Positions 39,703 to 52,387 of a stretch of 64,000 bases of DNA are shown here, one piece after another. The translations under genes were made by a program, and so were the position numbers. The notes under the pieces were generated by a model. The model did not search any database and was not told where the DNA came from. It saw nothing but the letters and a program-made list of their open reading frames with translations. Numbering within the stretch: position 1 is the stretch's first letter; every line of letters starts with the position of its first letter. Source of the DNA: Neodothiora populina (lineage: Eukaryota); the NCBI RefSeq assembly GCF_041146345.1, contig NW_027191409.1, positions 1,612,001 through 1,676,000 on the forward strand, in the 5' to 3' direction.

Positions 39703-40159
39703 AAAGCGTCCTGTCAAGCTCAACGCGAGTGAATATGATGCAAAGCTGAGTTGAAAGATCAGGTAGACTAAGGTACAGTGAAGCAAGAACGAAGCTGTGT
39801 TGATTGTTTCCAGTGACGTTTCGTTTAAACCTACCTTGTTCTGGATAAGCACCTCAGCATATACTGGAATACAAGACTCTAATCCCCATGGCACGGACCA
39901 TTTGTGATATTTCCAGTGCATTTGCCCCTCCTCGGCCCCTCTAGGATATCGTATCTACAGCACACGGCTTACTATTTGTCGATACTATAGAGATTCCCAG
40001 GCCCAGTATACCTTCCACTGGCGTTATTCGGATTTGCTGTCGAACATATATCGACGTCTATCACTTCGGACATCTGGGAAACTTGCTGTTGGTATAGCTT
40101 ATCGGACAAACTTCATTCGTCAATCGTGCTTGCTCTCAGAGGCACGATATACCCAGATT

Positions 40160-43100
40160 ATGCCAGCAGCAAGACAGCATTCCTTCTTCCGGACTATCCA
40201 GAAGTTCAAGCTCGATTATGCGCCCATCGATGTTGCTCAATATGAGTCCGAAAGGACGGGCATGCGAGTCGTCGTAGTCAATCAGAAAGGCCCCAAGGTC
40301 TATGGTTATTTTGCCTTGGCTACCGAGATCCATGATGATTCCGGATCTCCGCATACCCTGGAGCATTTGTGCTTCATGGGCTCCAAAAGCTACCGTTACA
40401 AGGGAGTCTTGGACAAGCTTGCCACGCGAGCCTACTCTAGTACCAATGCCTGGACAGCCACAGACCACACCGCATACACACTAGAGACCGCCGGTTGGGA
40501 AGGCTTCGCGCAAATCTTGCCTGTGTATCTCGAGCATGTCCTCGTGCCCACCCTTACTGATGCAGGTTGCTACACTGAAGTGCACCACGTAGATGGTACT
40601 GGGCACGATGCCGGTGTGGTCTACTCGGAAATGCAAGGCGTTCAGAATCAGCAAGGTGAGCTCATGGAGCTGCAGGCCCGAAGGTTAATGTAGGTAACAT
40701 CATTCCGGCTTCGATGACTGGCTCTGACAGAACAAGGTACCCCCAGGGCGATGGCTTCAGGTACGAGACCGGAGGCATGATGGAGCAACTCCGAGTCCTG
40801 ACGGCAGATCGCATTCGCGAGTTTCACCGAGAGATGTACCAGCCCAGAAACCTGTGTCTGGTACTCATTGGCGAGATTGACCACAAGGAGCTCCTGCAGA
40901 TCCTGGACGACTTCGAGCCAACCATTCTCAAGGATGTTCCGTCTCCGGACACACCTTTCAAGCGACCATGGGTCGACTCCAAGCGTACTCCACCTCTGGA
41001 AAAGACTGTGGTAGACACTGTCCGTTTCCCAGAAGACGACGAGTCGATGGGTGAGATCCTGGTCGGTTTCCTGGGCCCGGACTGCAACGACCATCTCGCC
41101 GGTAAGTTGCCACCCATGGCTTCGACCATTTTCTGCTCAACAGCTGACCATTATTCCAGTATCTGCTTTGGGCATAATGTTGGTCTATCTATGTGGATCT
41201 TCGGTTTCTGTTCTCGAGAACATAATGGTCGAGAAGGAACAGTTATGCAGTATGATCTACTACTCCACTGACGTGCGTCCCGATGTCACGACGTGGTTCA
41301 ATCTCAGCGCTGTGGAGACCGAAAAGCTTGCGGACGTGGAAAAGCGTCTCTTCGAAATCTTGAAGGACACTGCAGCCAAGAAGCTCGACATGAGCTATAT
41401 GCACGACTGCATTGAGCGCTACCGAAGACAATTGAAGTTCAAGTGTGAGAGCACTGGTGACTTCTTTGCCACACCAATGATCGAGGATCACCTGTTCGGA
41501 AATAGAGACGGCAGCGATCTACGGGAACTTGCGACTCTACAGGACCTAGACACTCTGGAAGGATGGTCGGATCAGAAATGGCGAGACTTCCTTTCCCACT
41601 GGCTTGCTGATGCGCATCACATCTCAGTCCTCGGCGTACCCTCGCGCGAGCTGTCCAAGAAGCTCAAGACTGATGAGAAAGCCCGAGTAAAGGCTCAACA
41701 GGAGAAGTTCGGTGAGGAAGGGTTGAAGAAGCTGGCGGAGAAGCTTGAGAAAGCCAAAATGGAGAATGATGAGCCCATCCCAGACGAGATGCTTGGTAAA
41801 TTTACGGTACCAGGAACATCGTCTATTCATTTCATTCCGACAACTACTGCGCGGGCTGGACGTGCAAGAAAGATGGGATCGTTAGACAATGATGTCCAGA
41901 AAATCGTCGACAAGGACGACTCGGATATTCCGCTCTTCATTCACTTCGAACACATCCCATCTAACTTTGTCAGAGTCAAACTGGTCATGTGTAGTGGAAC
42001 ACTGCCAGTCGAGCTGAAGCCGCTCCTGACTCTTTATCTGATGAACTTCTTCACTACGCCTGTGATGCGCGATGGCAAGAGAATCGAGTTCGAGGACGTG
42101 GTAGTGGAATTGGAAAAGGACACCGTGGATTATGACATAAGCTCTGGACCCGGCAATGGCGAGCTGATCCAGATTGCGTTCCAAGTCGAAGCAGAAAAGT
42201 ACGACACGACTATTCACTGGTTGAAAACTGTCATGTTTGATGCGATCCTCGACGAAGTAAGGTTGAGGGCCTCGCTCACCAAGATCCTCGCCGACATTCC
42301 AGATGAGAAGCGCAGTGGCATGGAGATGTGCACCGCCGTGGACTCGGTGATTCACCTCAACAGAGACTCGAGTAGTAGAGCAAGGAACACTCTTGTCAAG
42401 TCTGTTTACCTCAAGCGTCTCAAGAAACAGCTGAAGAAGGATCCCCGCTCGGTGATCGAAAGGCTTCAAGTTTGCTATCAGAAGCTACACAAAGCATCAA
42501 ATTTCCGTGTCTTTGTTGCGGGAGATCTTGCCAAGATCAAGAACCCCGTCTCTGCATGGAAGCACATACTGTCTGGCTTGGACACATCTGGCACGTTGCA
42601 ACCGCTGGACTCAAGAAAGGAGAAGCTCAGCGAGATTGCGAAGAAGCCTGGCAATACCGCATACATCATTCCCATGGCTACCATTGACTCTTCGTATGGC
42701 CTCTTGACCACCAGAGGTCCTGACTCTTGGGAACATCCCGATCTACCAGCGCTCATGGTGGCACAAGCTTACCTAGACGCAGTCGAGGGCCCTCTCTGGG
42801 TTGCAGTACGTGGTACAGGTCTGGCTTACGGCTCTGGCTTCAGCCGCAGCGTCGACGTTGGTCTGCTCACCTTGCGCATTTATCGTTCACCTGACACCTA
42901 CAAGGCTTTCTTGGCAGCAAAGGAGCAAGTCGAGGGATACGCGAGCGGTAAGACACCATTCGACAAGTTTGCTCTCGAGGGTGCTATTTCGAGTATTGTC
43001 ATGGGCTTCGCGGACGAACAGCCTACAATGGGCAGTGCAGCAAACTTGAGTTTTGTGAACCAGGTAATCAGGGGTATCGGCAAGGGATGGAATGACGAGA

Positions 43101-43477
43101 TGTTGGCCAGGGTCAGAGACATCAAAGGCGAGCACATTCAGGACGTCATGAACAGGGTGATCATGCCGATCTTCAGGCCGGAGACAGCCAATCTGGTTGT
43201 CACCTGTGCTACGCTGATGGAAGAGGTAAGTCCTACTGAGAGCGAATGCATCGACGAAGATACAGGGAAGCTGCTGACTACGATGCAGAGCCTGATCGAG
43301 AAGTTCACAAAGGAAGGATTCAACGTGCAAGTGCAGAGTCTCGGTCACTTCGAGGACGACTACGGGTTGCAATACATGCCCGGAGAGGACGAGGTGGAAG
43401 ATGATGAGGACGAGGACGAGGATGAAGGAGATGACGAAGATGACGAGGAAGACGAAAGCGACGACGAGGAAGAATAG
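40160..43477 (+). CDS. M16-family zinc metalloprotease (Sdd3/YOL098C-like)
   Basis: Inverzincin HTLEH in DDSGSPHTLEHLCFMGS, TNAWTATDHTAY, GVVYSEMQG, RGTGLAYG and an acidic tail. Three introns. Confidence 0.92.
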
Positions 43478-43519
43478 AGCGCAGCTGCGGCAGAGAGGGT
43501 CCCCGGCAGAATGGAGAAA

Positions 43520-43537
43520 TGTGTGTGTGTGTGTGTG
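43520..43537. repeat. (TG)9 microsatellite
   Basis: Read directly from the sequence. Confidence 0.9.
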
Positions 43538-44321
43538 CAGAGAGAGGGGTGCCTCGGGAGACAGGAAGACAGAAAGACGAGGGTGTGTTATCCGGCTAAG
43601 AAGGTGAGTGCTCGCACTCCGAGGGCCGGTACAGGCAATCTCGTTTCATCTAAAATATGTTGATTGCTTGCACTTGCTGAGCTGGCGCGACGCTCGAGCA
43701 CATGGACCTGCAAGATAGGACGCAGCGGGAACGGAGAGATCTTGGCACAGCCCTACACGAGAACCCGAAAACACGGAGAGAATCGGGCAAAGTAGGGGCT
43801 TCTCCAGACGCACTGACGAATAAAAGGCATTTCTGGGTCGGCGGGAGATGTACCGATTATGATGTAGTGCGAGGGGCGTTTATAGAATAGAGCTATGGTG
43901 GTATACCATGTCAAAACACCATCTACATGCCCTGCGAAGAGAGTTCTTTCTCGCAGCATTGATGATCAACTTTGAAAGCTATTACAAGGGCCGAATAGCA
44001 CATATGCCCGGCTTATCTGTGGCCTAGCTCCTCTTCAGGCATAGCGCCGAGATCGGCTAAAAAGCATCATTTGAGAGCTCTCAACCAGCCAAGAAACCCC
44101 TCCGTCACGCTCTTTCCTCAACTGGACTTGCCCACCTTCCCAAAGAACAGCCATTTCTTTGCTCGGATTCCTCTTCGTTCTGACTCACTTCCTCCTCATA
44201 ACACACTCCGAACTTTGCTTTTCTTTCCCACCAAACTGCTGCGACTCCCTTGTCCACGCACGCAGCTGTAGCAGCAGAAGCCGAGCACGGCTATTGACAA
44301 GCTCCAGCCGAGTCCTCCACC

Positions 44322-47300
44322 ATGACCGACGTAGCACCCACCAACACCGCCGTCTCGGACGGCCAGCAGCAGCTACGAGATGAGTCCGCAGTCGAGGAGG
44401 GTCACACCCACTCGATCAACTCGGTACACACCAGACTGCGCGCCAACTCAACCATCATGAAGGCCAAGAAGATCCTGGGTACGTCTCTGATCACATGCAA
44501 ATCAAGGTAAAGACCACCGAGACTGACATGGTTCCCCTTGCCAGTCGCCAACCGTGGAGAGATCCCCATTCGGATCTTCCGTACCGCACACGAGCTCTCG
44601 CTGCAGACGGTGGCAGTCTTCAGTTACGAAGACCGTCTGTCCATGCACAGACAAAAGGCCGACGAGGCATATGTCATCGGCAAGCGCGGACAGTTCACTC
44701 CTGTGGGAGCCTACCTGGCCGGCGACGAGATCATCAAGATTGCCCGCGCCCACAATGTCGACCTGATCCATCCTGGTTATGGATTCCTCAGTGAGAACGC
44801 CGAGTTCGCTCGCAATGTCGAGAAGGCTGGCCTGATCGTGAGTCACTCGAACTTTTTTTTCATCTGCTGATCCAAGCGTCATGTGGAATGACACAATCCT
44901 TTGCTGACCACCTGCACTCCAGTTCGTCGGACCTACTCCGGAGACCATCGATGCTCTTGGTGACAAGGTGTCGGCCCGTGATCTCGCCATCAAGTGCGGT
45001 GTCCCCGTCGTCCCCGGTACCGATGGCCCTGTCGAGCGATTCGAGGAGGTCAAGGATTTCACCGACAAGCATGGCTTCCCCATCATCATCAAGGCTGCCT
45101 TTGGCGGCGGTGGTCGTGGCATGCGTGTGGTGAGGAAACAGGAGGAACTCAAGGACTCGTTCGAGCGTGCCACCTCCGAGGCAAAGTCTGCTTTCGGCAA
45201 CGGCACCGTCTTCGTCGAGCGCTTCTTGGACAGGCCCAAGCACATTGAAGTCCAGCTTCTCGGTGACAGCCACGGCAATGTCGTCCACTTGTACGAGCGT
45301 GACTGCTCCGTCCAGCGTCGTCACCAGAAGGTCGTCGAGCTCGCTCCGGCCAAGGATCTCCCCATCGAGACCCGCGATGCCATCCTGGCTGATGCTGTCA
45401 AGCTCGCCAAGTCGGTCAACTACCGCAACGCCGGTACCGCCGAGTTCCTTGTCGACCAGCAGAACAGATACTACTTCATCGAGATCAACCCTCGTATCCA
45501 GGTCGAGCACACCATCACCGAGGAGATCACCGGTATCGACATCGTCGCCGCCCAGATCCAGATCGCCGCTGGCGCATCGCTCGAGCAGCTCGGCCTGACC
45601 CAAGACCGCATCTCCATCCGCGGCTTCGCCATCCAGTGTCGTATCACCACCGAGGACCCCACCAAGGGCTTCTCACCCGACACCGGTAAGATCGAGGTGT
45701 ACCGCTCCGCTGGCGGTAACGGTGTTCGTCTCGACGGAGGCAACGGTTTCGCCGGTGCTCTGATCACTCCTCACTACGACTCCATGTTGGTCAAGTGTAC
45801 CTGCCATGGCTCGACCTACGAGATTGTCAGAAGGAAGATGCTCCGTGCCCTGGTCGAGTTCAGAATCCGTGGTGTCAAGACCAACATCCCCTTCTTGGCC
45901 TCGCTTCTCACTCACCCCACCTTCATCAACGGAACGTGCTGGACCACCTTCATTGATGACACTCCCGAGCTCTTCGCCCTCATTGGCTCCCAGAACCGTG
46001 CCCAGAAGCTGTTGGCTTACCTGGGAGACCTCGCTGTCAACGGCAGTCAGATCAAGGGACAGATTGGCGAGCCCAAGTTCCGTGGCGAGATCAACCTGCC
46101 TACTCTCGTGGACAAGGCTGGCAACCCCATCGATGTCGAGGAGCCTTGCAAGGTGGGCTGGAGAAACATCATCATCGAGCAGGGTCCTGCTGCATTCGCC
46201 AAGGCCGTGCGTGCCAACAAGGGCTGCTTGATCATGGACACGACATGGAGAGACGCACATCAGTCTCTGCTTGCCACAAGAGTGCGCACCGTCGACTTCC
46301 TCAACATTGCCAAGCACACCAGCTACGCCCTCAGCGGCGCCTGGGCTCTCGAGTGCTGGGGGGGTGCCACCTTCGACGTTGCCATGCGCTTCCTGTACGA
46401 GGATCCTTGGGACAGACTGAGGAAGATGAGGAAGCTTGTACCCAACATCCCCTTCCAGATGCTTCTCCGTGGTGCCAACGGTGTCGCCTACTCTTCCCTT
46501 CCCGACAACGCCATCACACACTTCTGCGAGCAGGCCAAGAAGTGTGGTGTCGACATCTTCCGCGTCTTCGATGCTCTCAACGACATGGAGCAACTCGAGG
46601 TCGGTATCAAGGCCGTCCTGAAGGCCGGCGGTATTGCTGAAGGTACCGTTTGCTACTCGGGTGACTTCCTGAACCCCAAGAAGAAGTACAACCTCGAGTA
46701 CTATCTGGACTGTGTCGACAAGATTGTAGGCATGGGAGCGCACGTGCTCGGAATCAAAGACAGTGAGTTCACGCCATTCAATTGTATACCTTACCTATCA
46801 TCCGAATGATTCACTGACATCCAAGCAGTGGCGGGTGTTCTCAAGCCCAAGGCGGCCACTCTGCTCATCGGCGCCATCAGAAAAAAGTACCCCGATCTTC
46901 CAATTCATGTCCACACTCACGACTCCGCCGGCACTGGTGTTGCGTCCATGGTTGCATGCGCCCAGGCCGGTGCTGACGCTGTCGATGCGGCCACTGATAG
47001 CATGTCTGGCATGACTTCGCAGCCCAGCATTGGTGCCGTCATTTCTTCTCTCGAGGGCACCGAGTTCGAGACTGGACTTGACCACCACAACCTGCGTTCC
47101 CTCGACCACTACTGGGCTCAGCTCCGTCTTCTGTACTCGCCATTCGAGGCTGGTCTGACTGGTCCTGACCCAGAGGTTTACGAGCACGAGATCCCCGGCG
47201 GTCAGCTCACCAACCTGATCTTCCAAGCTGCTCAGCAAGGACTTGGCGAGCAGTGGGAGCACACCAAGAAGGCCTACGAGCAGGCCAACGACCTCCTCGG

Positions 47301-48196
47301 AGACATTGTCAAGGTCACGCCCACCTCGAAGGTTGTGGGTGATCTTGCGCAGTTTATGGTCAGCAACAACCTCAGCTACAACGATGTGCTCGAGAAGGCC
47401 GAGCAGTTGGACTTCCCGTCATCCGTTCTTGAGTTCTTCGAGGGTCTTATGGGACAGCCTTACGGTGGTTTCCCCGAGCCTCTGCGCACTCAGGCTCTCC
47501 GCGGCCGCAGAAAGATGACCAAGCGTCCCGGTCTTTACCTGGAGCCGTTTGACTTTGCTGCAATCCGCAAGAAGCTCACTGAGCAGTTTGGCTCGTGCAC
47601 CGAGACCGAGGTTGCATCGTACGCCATGTACCCCAAGGTGTTTGAGGACTACAAGAAGTGGACTCAGAAGTTCGGTGACCTTTCAGTCCTGCCGACCCGC
47701 TACTTCCTGTCCAAGCCCGAGATTGGCGAGGAGTTCAACGTCGAGCTCGAGAAGGGCAAGGTTTTGATTTTGAAGCTTCTCGCCATTGGACCTCTGTCCG
47801 ATGCCACCGGACAGAGAGAAGTGTTCTACGAGATGAACGGCGAGGTCCGTCAAGTTACTGTCGATGACCACAAGGCCGCTGTTGAGAACAAGTCTCGTCC
47901 CAAGGCTGATCTTGGCGACAGCAGTCAGGTCGGTGCTCCGATGGCAGGTGTTGTTGTTGAGGTTAGAGTCAAGGATGGAGGTCACGTCAACAAGGGTGAT
48001 CCCATTGCAGTGCTCAGTGCCATGAAGATGGTAAGTTTTGTTGCTCCTGTTGCTCCTGTTCATGTGACAAAGATACTAACAAACATGATAGGAAATGCTT
48101 ATCAGTGCACCTCACTCTGGTAAGGTCTCTGACATCCGAGTCAAGGAGGCTGATTCAGTCGCCAGTCAAGACTTGGTGTGCAGAATCACTCAGTAG
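44322..48196 (+). CDS. PYC: Pyruvate carboxylase
   Basis: [53 protein letters not shown] and the biotin site SAMKM. Four introns. Confidence 0.98.
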
Positions 48197-49399
48197 AGCA
48201 AATATAGATGATGTAAACGAATCATCTTGTAACGGTCGATTCATCATCTTGACGAAAGAACGAAACGCTTTTTTCTTAAGGGGAGTCAGAGGGGGAAGGG
48301 GCTTCTGGCGAATCAAGGAGAAGGATATTGAGACCAGGTGTTGTTATAGTAATGTTTTGGGCCTTCCATATTCGAGAGAAAGGACGTTTTATTATTCTTA
48401 TTGTCCTTTCATTTTGTCTTTATTCTCGTACCTTAAGAAAGTAAAGTAGACTTTCATCTCGTCTGATAGTCTATCTTCGATTTTCATTCAGGTTGCGTGA
48501 ACATAAGCCATTGCACGTCAAGTGAGGACGTTCGTGTATTTCCCAGTGAACAAAGAGTGAAGAGAAGCGACAAAGATTACGACGACGACTAACAGTAGGA
48601 AGCAGGAAGCCAAGTCGAGAGTCAGCCTCGATAGGCATGATAATCATTCCCCTTAAGCCTGAACGCGCATGCAAGAGATAGATAAACAGACACCGCCTTT
48701 CTCTTTTCCGCTATTCGTTTGCTTGTTTGCTCGCTGCTCTCACCACCTGATCTTTTCTCTCACCATCACATCTCCAGATAAGGTGACGGAACATTAGGGG
48801 ACTGTTTGCTCATGCATTATCTACCTTACTGTATCTATCCTCTAGCAACAACCCGTGATTGTTCAGCCCTAGACTCATGACTCCGTACGGACCCGCAATG
48901 GCATGAAACTGGGACTCGGGACTTGTGATCCGTACTGAGTCGTCCTGTGAATTTGTGATGGTATTATTGGCCCTGTCGTTTCGTAGGGTTCATCAATGAT
49001 GTATGTTCAGTAGTACATTAGTAGCGAGGGGCGTCGCGTGATGATCTACGTACAGTAGGTAAGGTACTGTGCCGCGTTTCATACTTATCTGACGTTCTTT
49101 GATTGGAATACGATGGTTGCGGCTCTCACTTCTCTTTATAAGAGCGTATCTATGGGGTTGGAAGGTCGTTAGTGGTTTTGATAGAGATTTGTTGATTGTT
49201 TATAAGGCTTCGTTTGTATGTTTGTTAAGGACTCGTTGTATATTTATCGAGGACTTATTGACTGTTCAGCAAGCAAGGACTCATCAAGTATTCATCAAAG
49301 ACTCATTGACTAATCATGAAGGAGTCAATGTTATTCCAGTAGAGACTCATCGACTATTCATTAACGACTCATTCTGGCGTTACCCGGAAGATCGATCTC

Positions 49400-49755
49400 A
49401 GAGTCGGAGTCGGAGTCGACCATGATGGCTGCCTTGCCAGTCTTCGGTTTCTTACCAGGGGGTTTGCTGGGGTTTGTATTCGGCCTTTTTCTTGTCCTGG
49501 TGTCTCTGTAGATGCGTGCAGTTCGTGTAGACATGACCAGTGAAGACCAGCTGATGTTTGCGGCACCATGTGCACCGCCCTGGTTCTGCGACGTCGTTCT
49601 CTTATTGAGTTTGCCAGTGTTGGTGTAGTAGGCCGATGGACCTGAGGTGTCTAGAGTGTGTTTCTCAGCTCTGTCCAGCATTTTGGGTTCAATTTGAACG
49701 AACGAGGTGAGGTCGCGTTAATGATCCATTGAAGATTCATCAACGAGGTTCCTTC
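49400..49755 (-). mobile_element. Degenerate Ty1/copia retrotransposon gag relic
   Basis: Fragments NLVD..RDLTSFVQIEPKMLDRAEKHTLD and a zinc knuckle CTWCRKHQLVFTGHVYTNC (49518-49574), split by frameshifts and stops. No LTR pair or pol seen. Confidence 0.6.
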
Positions 49756-51492
49756 CTTTAGATGATGTCTTCTGATACTGCTGGCTTGTGTGCATGTGAA
49801 GTGTACTGTACTGTACGGTATGTTCACATTAAATGGTATAGGATAAGCCGAAGTGGCTTGGCTTAGCTTCACCGTCACTCGTCTTTGACTGAAGACCAGC
49901 TCATTCGTATAAATCCAACAGTGATCTAATCCTCATCCTTCAATATGATAATGATCGAACATACCTCCGACTTGCACAAGTAATGTGTTGATACATTGAT
50001 CATCCACGACCTGATCTTTAGATCTACACAGAACCTGCTGTTCTCAGACTCGGACAAGCACATCAAACTGAATACTCCCCACCGATGCATCCAACGCAAA
50101 GACAATGTCCGACCATCGAGTCCCGATAAGGAGAAACGCCTAAGGGATGACATTCACTAATTATAACTACTCCACAAATAATTTCATGCCACGGATAGAG
50201 TCTTCATAATTTTATTCGCCATTCCATCACGGGTTCCACATCAACCAGACCAGTCCGAGATCCCCGTGTCGAATCGTAGATGTGTGAAGATCAGGTACGC
50301 TTATCTATTTGATTAAAAAAGCGACGACGAAGCACATGTGAATTCGGAGTAAGAAAGCAGACTAAAACGTCACAAAAGTCACGCCCGTTTGTTTCATCTA
50401 ATTATCTAGCTTACGAAGGTCCCGTAGAAGATAGACTCAAGGTGCACTGCTGCGGTAGTAGTTCTTGGTGACCATGATAAGGCTACATCATTGCAGTCTT
50501 CGGGGTGAGGGTAGCGAGTGTAGCGTACCTGACCTGAAGTGATACAGATCGCAGACAGGGATCGATGACGCGCACCCTTCAGTTCAGTCTACGCCGAAGG
50601 CCCTTTTTCGTGGGGTTAGCAGTCACTCAAAAACGCCATTTTTGCGGGGAAAGCACGATTAGCTAGGGTGGGGTGTGGGCCTCGATCGGGACCCTTGGTT
50701 ATCAGAAAGGAAAACTAGTTGAAATCGACGACGTCTTACTGGTTCGGCTCTTGATCCTTGGTCCCGTTGCTCAGCAAAAGAAGCCCAAAAGCACATGGGA
50801 AGGACAAGGGAAACGGTTGTCGGTGGTGTCTTGTTCTGCTTGTGTGAAAACGCTGCGTCATCAGTGACTTCTTTGGGAATCGCTCGTTCATAGGGCCTAG
50901 AACTTTGGCTATCACAAGTTGATGTCTTTGATCTTGAGGTCAGATCGCAGTACTCGAGGGGTATCAATGAATGATGAGGGTTGCGGTTTGATGTTGATTG
51001 CATACCTGCCATTGCTTTCATGTCAAGTCGAGCTACTTGTGAACAAATCAAATGCATGGTGGGGGAAGGAGGGGAAGGAAAGGTTGGATACAGCAGTAGT
51101 AGCTATCTCATGATACAGGACCCTGGGCATCACCATAAGCTTACAACGGTACATACGATGAAGCAATCAGGTGCAAGGTGAGGTAAGCTATTGCGAAATC
51201 GAGCAATTGAGCTACAATCGTTTGCATGTCATGTCTAAGCTTTTTACTCCACCCGTTATGCTTAGCTGATACATGTTCGCTTGACATGACACCCGAGCAG
51301 GCCGAGAAGGAAGGAGCAGCAAGTCGATGCTAGGTTGCAAGGTAAGGTGAGGTAAGTGAGGGGCATATATACCTCTTGACCTCGTCCATTCCTTTCGTCT
51401 CTTTGCTTATCCACGTGCTCTTTATATCAAAAGTGACACACCATACAACTTCAATACCAATCAACTCAACCTCAACACACATACAACCGACA

Positions 51493-51874
51493 ATGTCTTC
51501 TCCTACCAAGTCAACTCCCATCACCAACGATTCTCCTCGTCGCGTATGTCTCCCACAACTGAATCCCACACTCTCCTCTCCTGCTTTAGCACCGAGATGA
51601 GACTAACAAGACAAAAAAGAAGTCCTCAGGCGGTCTCTTCGAGAACCTAATGGTCCAGAAGCGCGGCACCGACAATGTTGCTTACTCTCAGCGTCGTCAG
51701 AGTTTGGAGGAGCAGAGTGCGCAGAAGGGAGCTTTTGGCAAGATGTGGGATACGTATGTGGCTTTCTGCCTGGTTTCTCTATTGCAATAGAGAGAGAGAC
51801 ACACACTCATATGACGGCCTGGCTAACTTTTCTACAGCGTCATCCGCGGTGCTGGTCCTGCTGCTCCCAAGTAA
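51493..51874 (+). CDS. Small (~73 aa) con-8-like (conidiation-specific protein 8 family) protein, 3 exons
   Basis: Exons 51493-51543, 51620-51753 and 51838-51874 with GTATGT donors and CTAAC branch sites give MSSPTKSTPITNDSPRRKSSGGLFENLMVQKRGTDNVAYSQRRQSLEEQSAQKGAFGKMWDTVIRGAGPAAPK. Confidence 0.8.
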
Positions 51875-52387
51875 AAGCCGTTTTGCATCCTCACGATTGA
51901 TCATTTCGGGGCTGCAAGATTGATGAACATGACCTGTTCCCATCACCATGACGAAGATGGAAAGGGCAGCAACGACTTGAGAGAACATTTCTTTTTTCCT
52001 GTAACATTAGTGGACGTTTTGTTCCCACAATCGCGAGCAGCAGCACGTTCCTCTTTTTATATGTACTTTTATGACCCGTTAACGAATTCGAGAATGAAAT
52101 GAACTTTACCTTACTGATTTGCTTCTGTGTCCGCTGTGACATCGAATGCTGTCCATCTGTACGTGAAGAATTCATATTATCACGGAGATGACGCATGAGA
52201 GAGTAGTTACCAACTACTTAGCCAGCATTATAGTCGATAAATGTCCATTTGGATGATTGTTGTATGGAATAATAGAAGGTCCATGTGTGTTTTGGTAGAA
52301 GAAAGTAAGGTCAGAAAAGGATTGGTATAATTTTGATGTGTAGATGCATTTACTATCTTAGCCACACAGCTTGCAAACCATAAAGCA

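Noticed and set aside
40034..40159. N-terminal extension of the M16 protease from CTG/TTG as a mitochondrial presequence
   Set aside because: It depends on a non-AUG start with no supporting evidence, and ATG 40160 is adequate.
49229..49377. CRISPR-like reading of the 35-bp repeats
   Set aside because: Eukaryotic DNA, highly divergent repeats, unequal short spacers and no cas genes.
49930..50110. Fragment resembling a kinase subdomain or copia RT (IIHDL..QNLLFSD..HIKL / RPDL)
   Set aside because: Key catalytic residues are missing, two incompatible interpretations fit, and it is too short to support.
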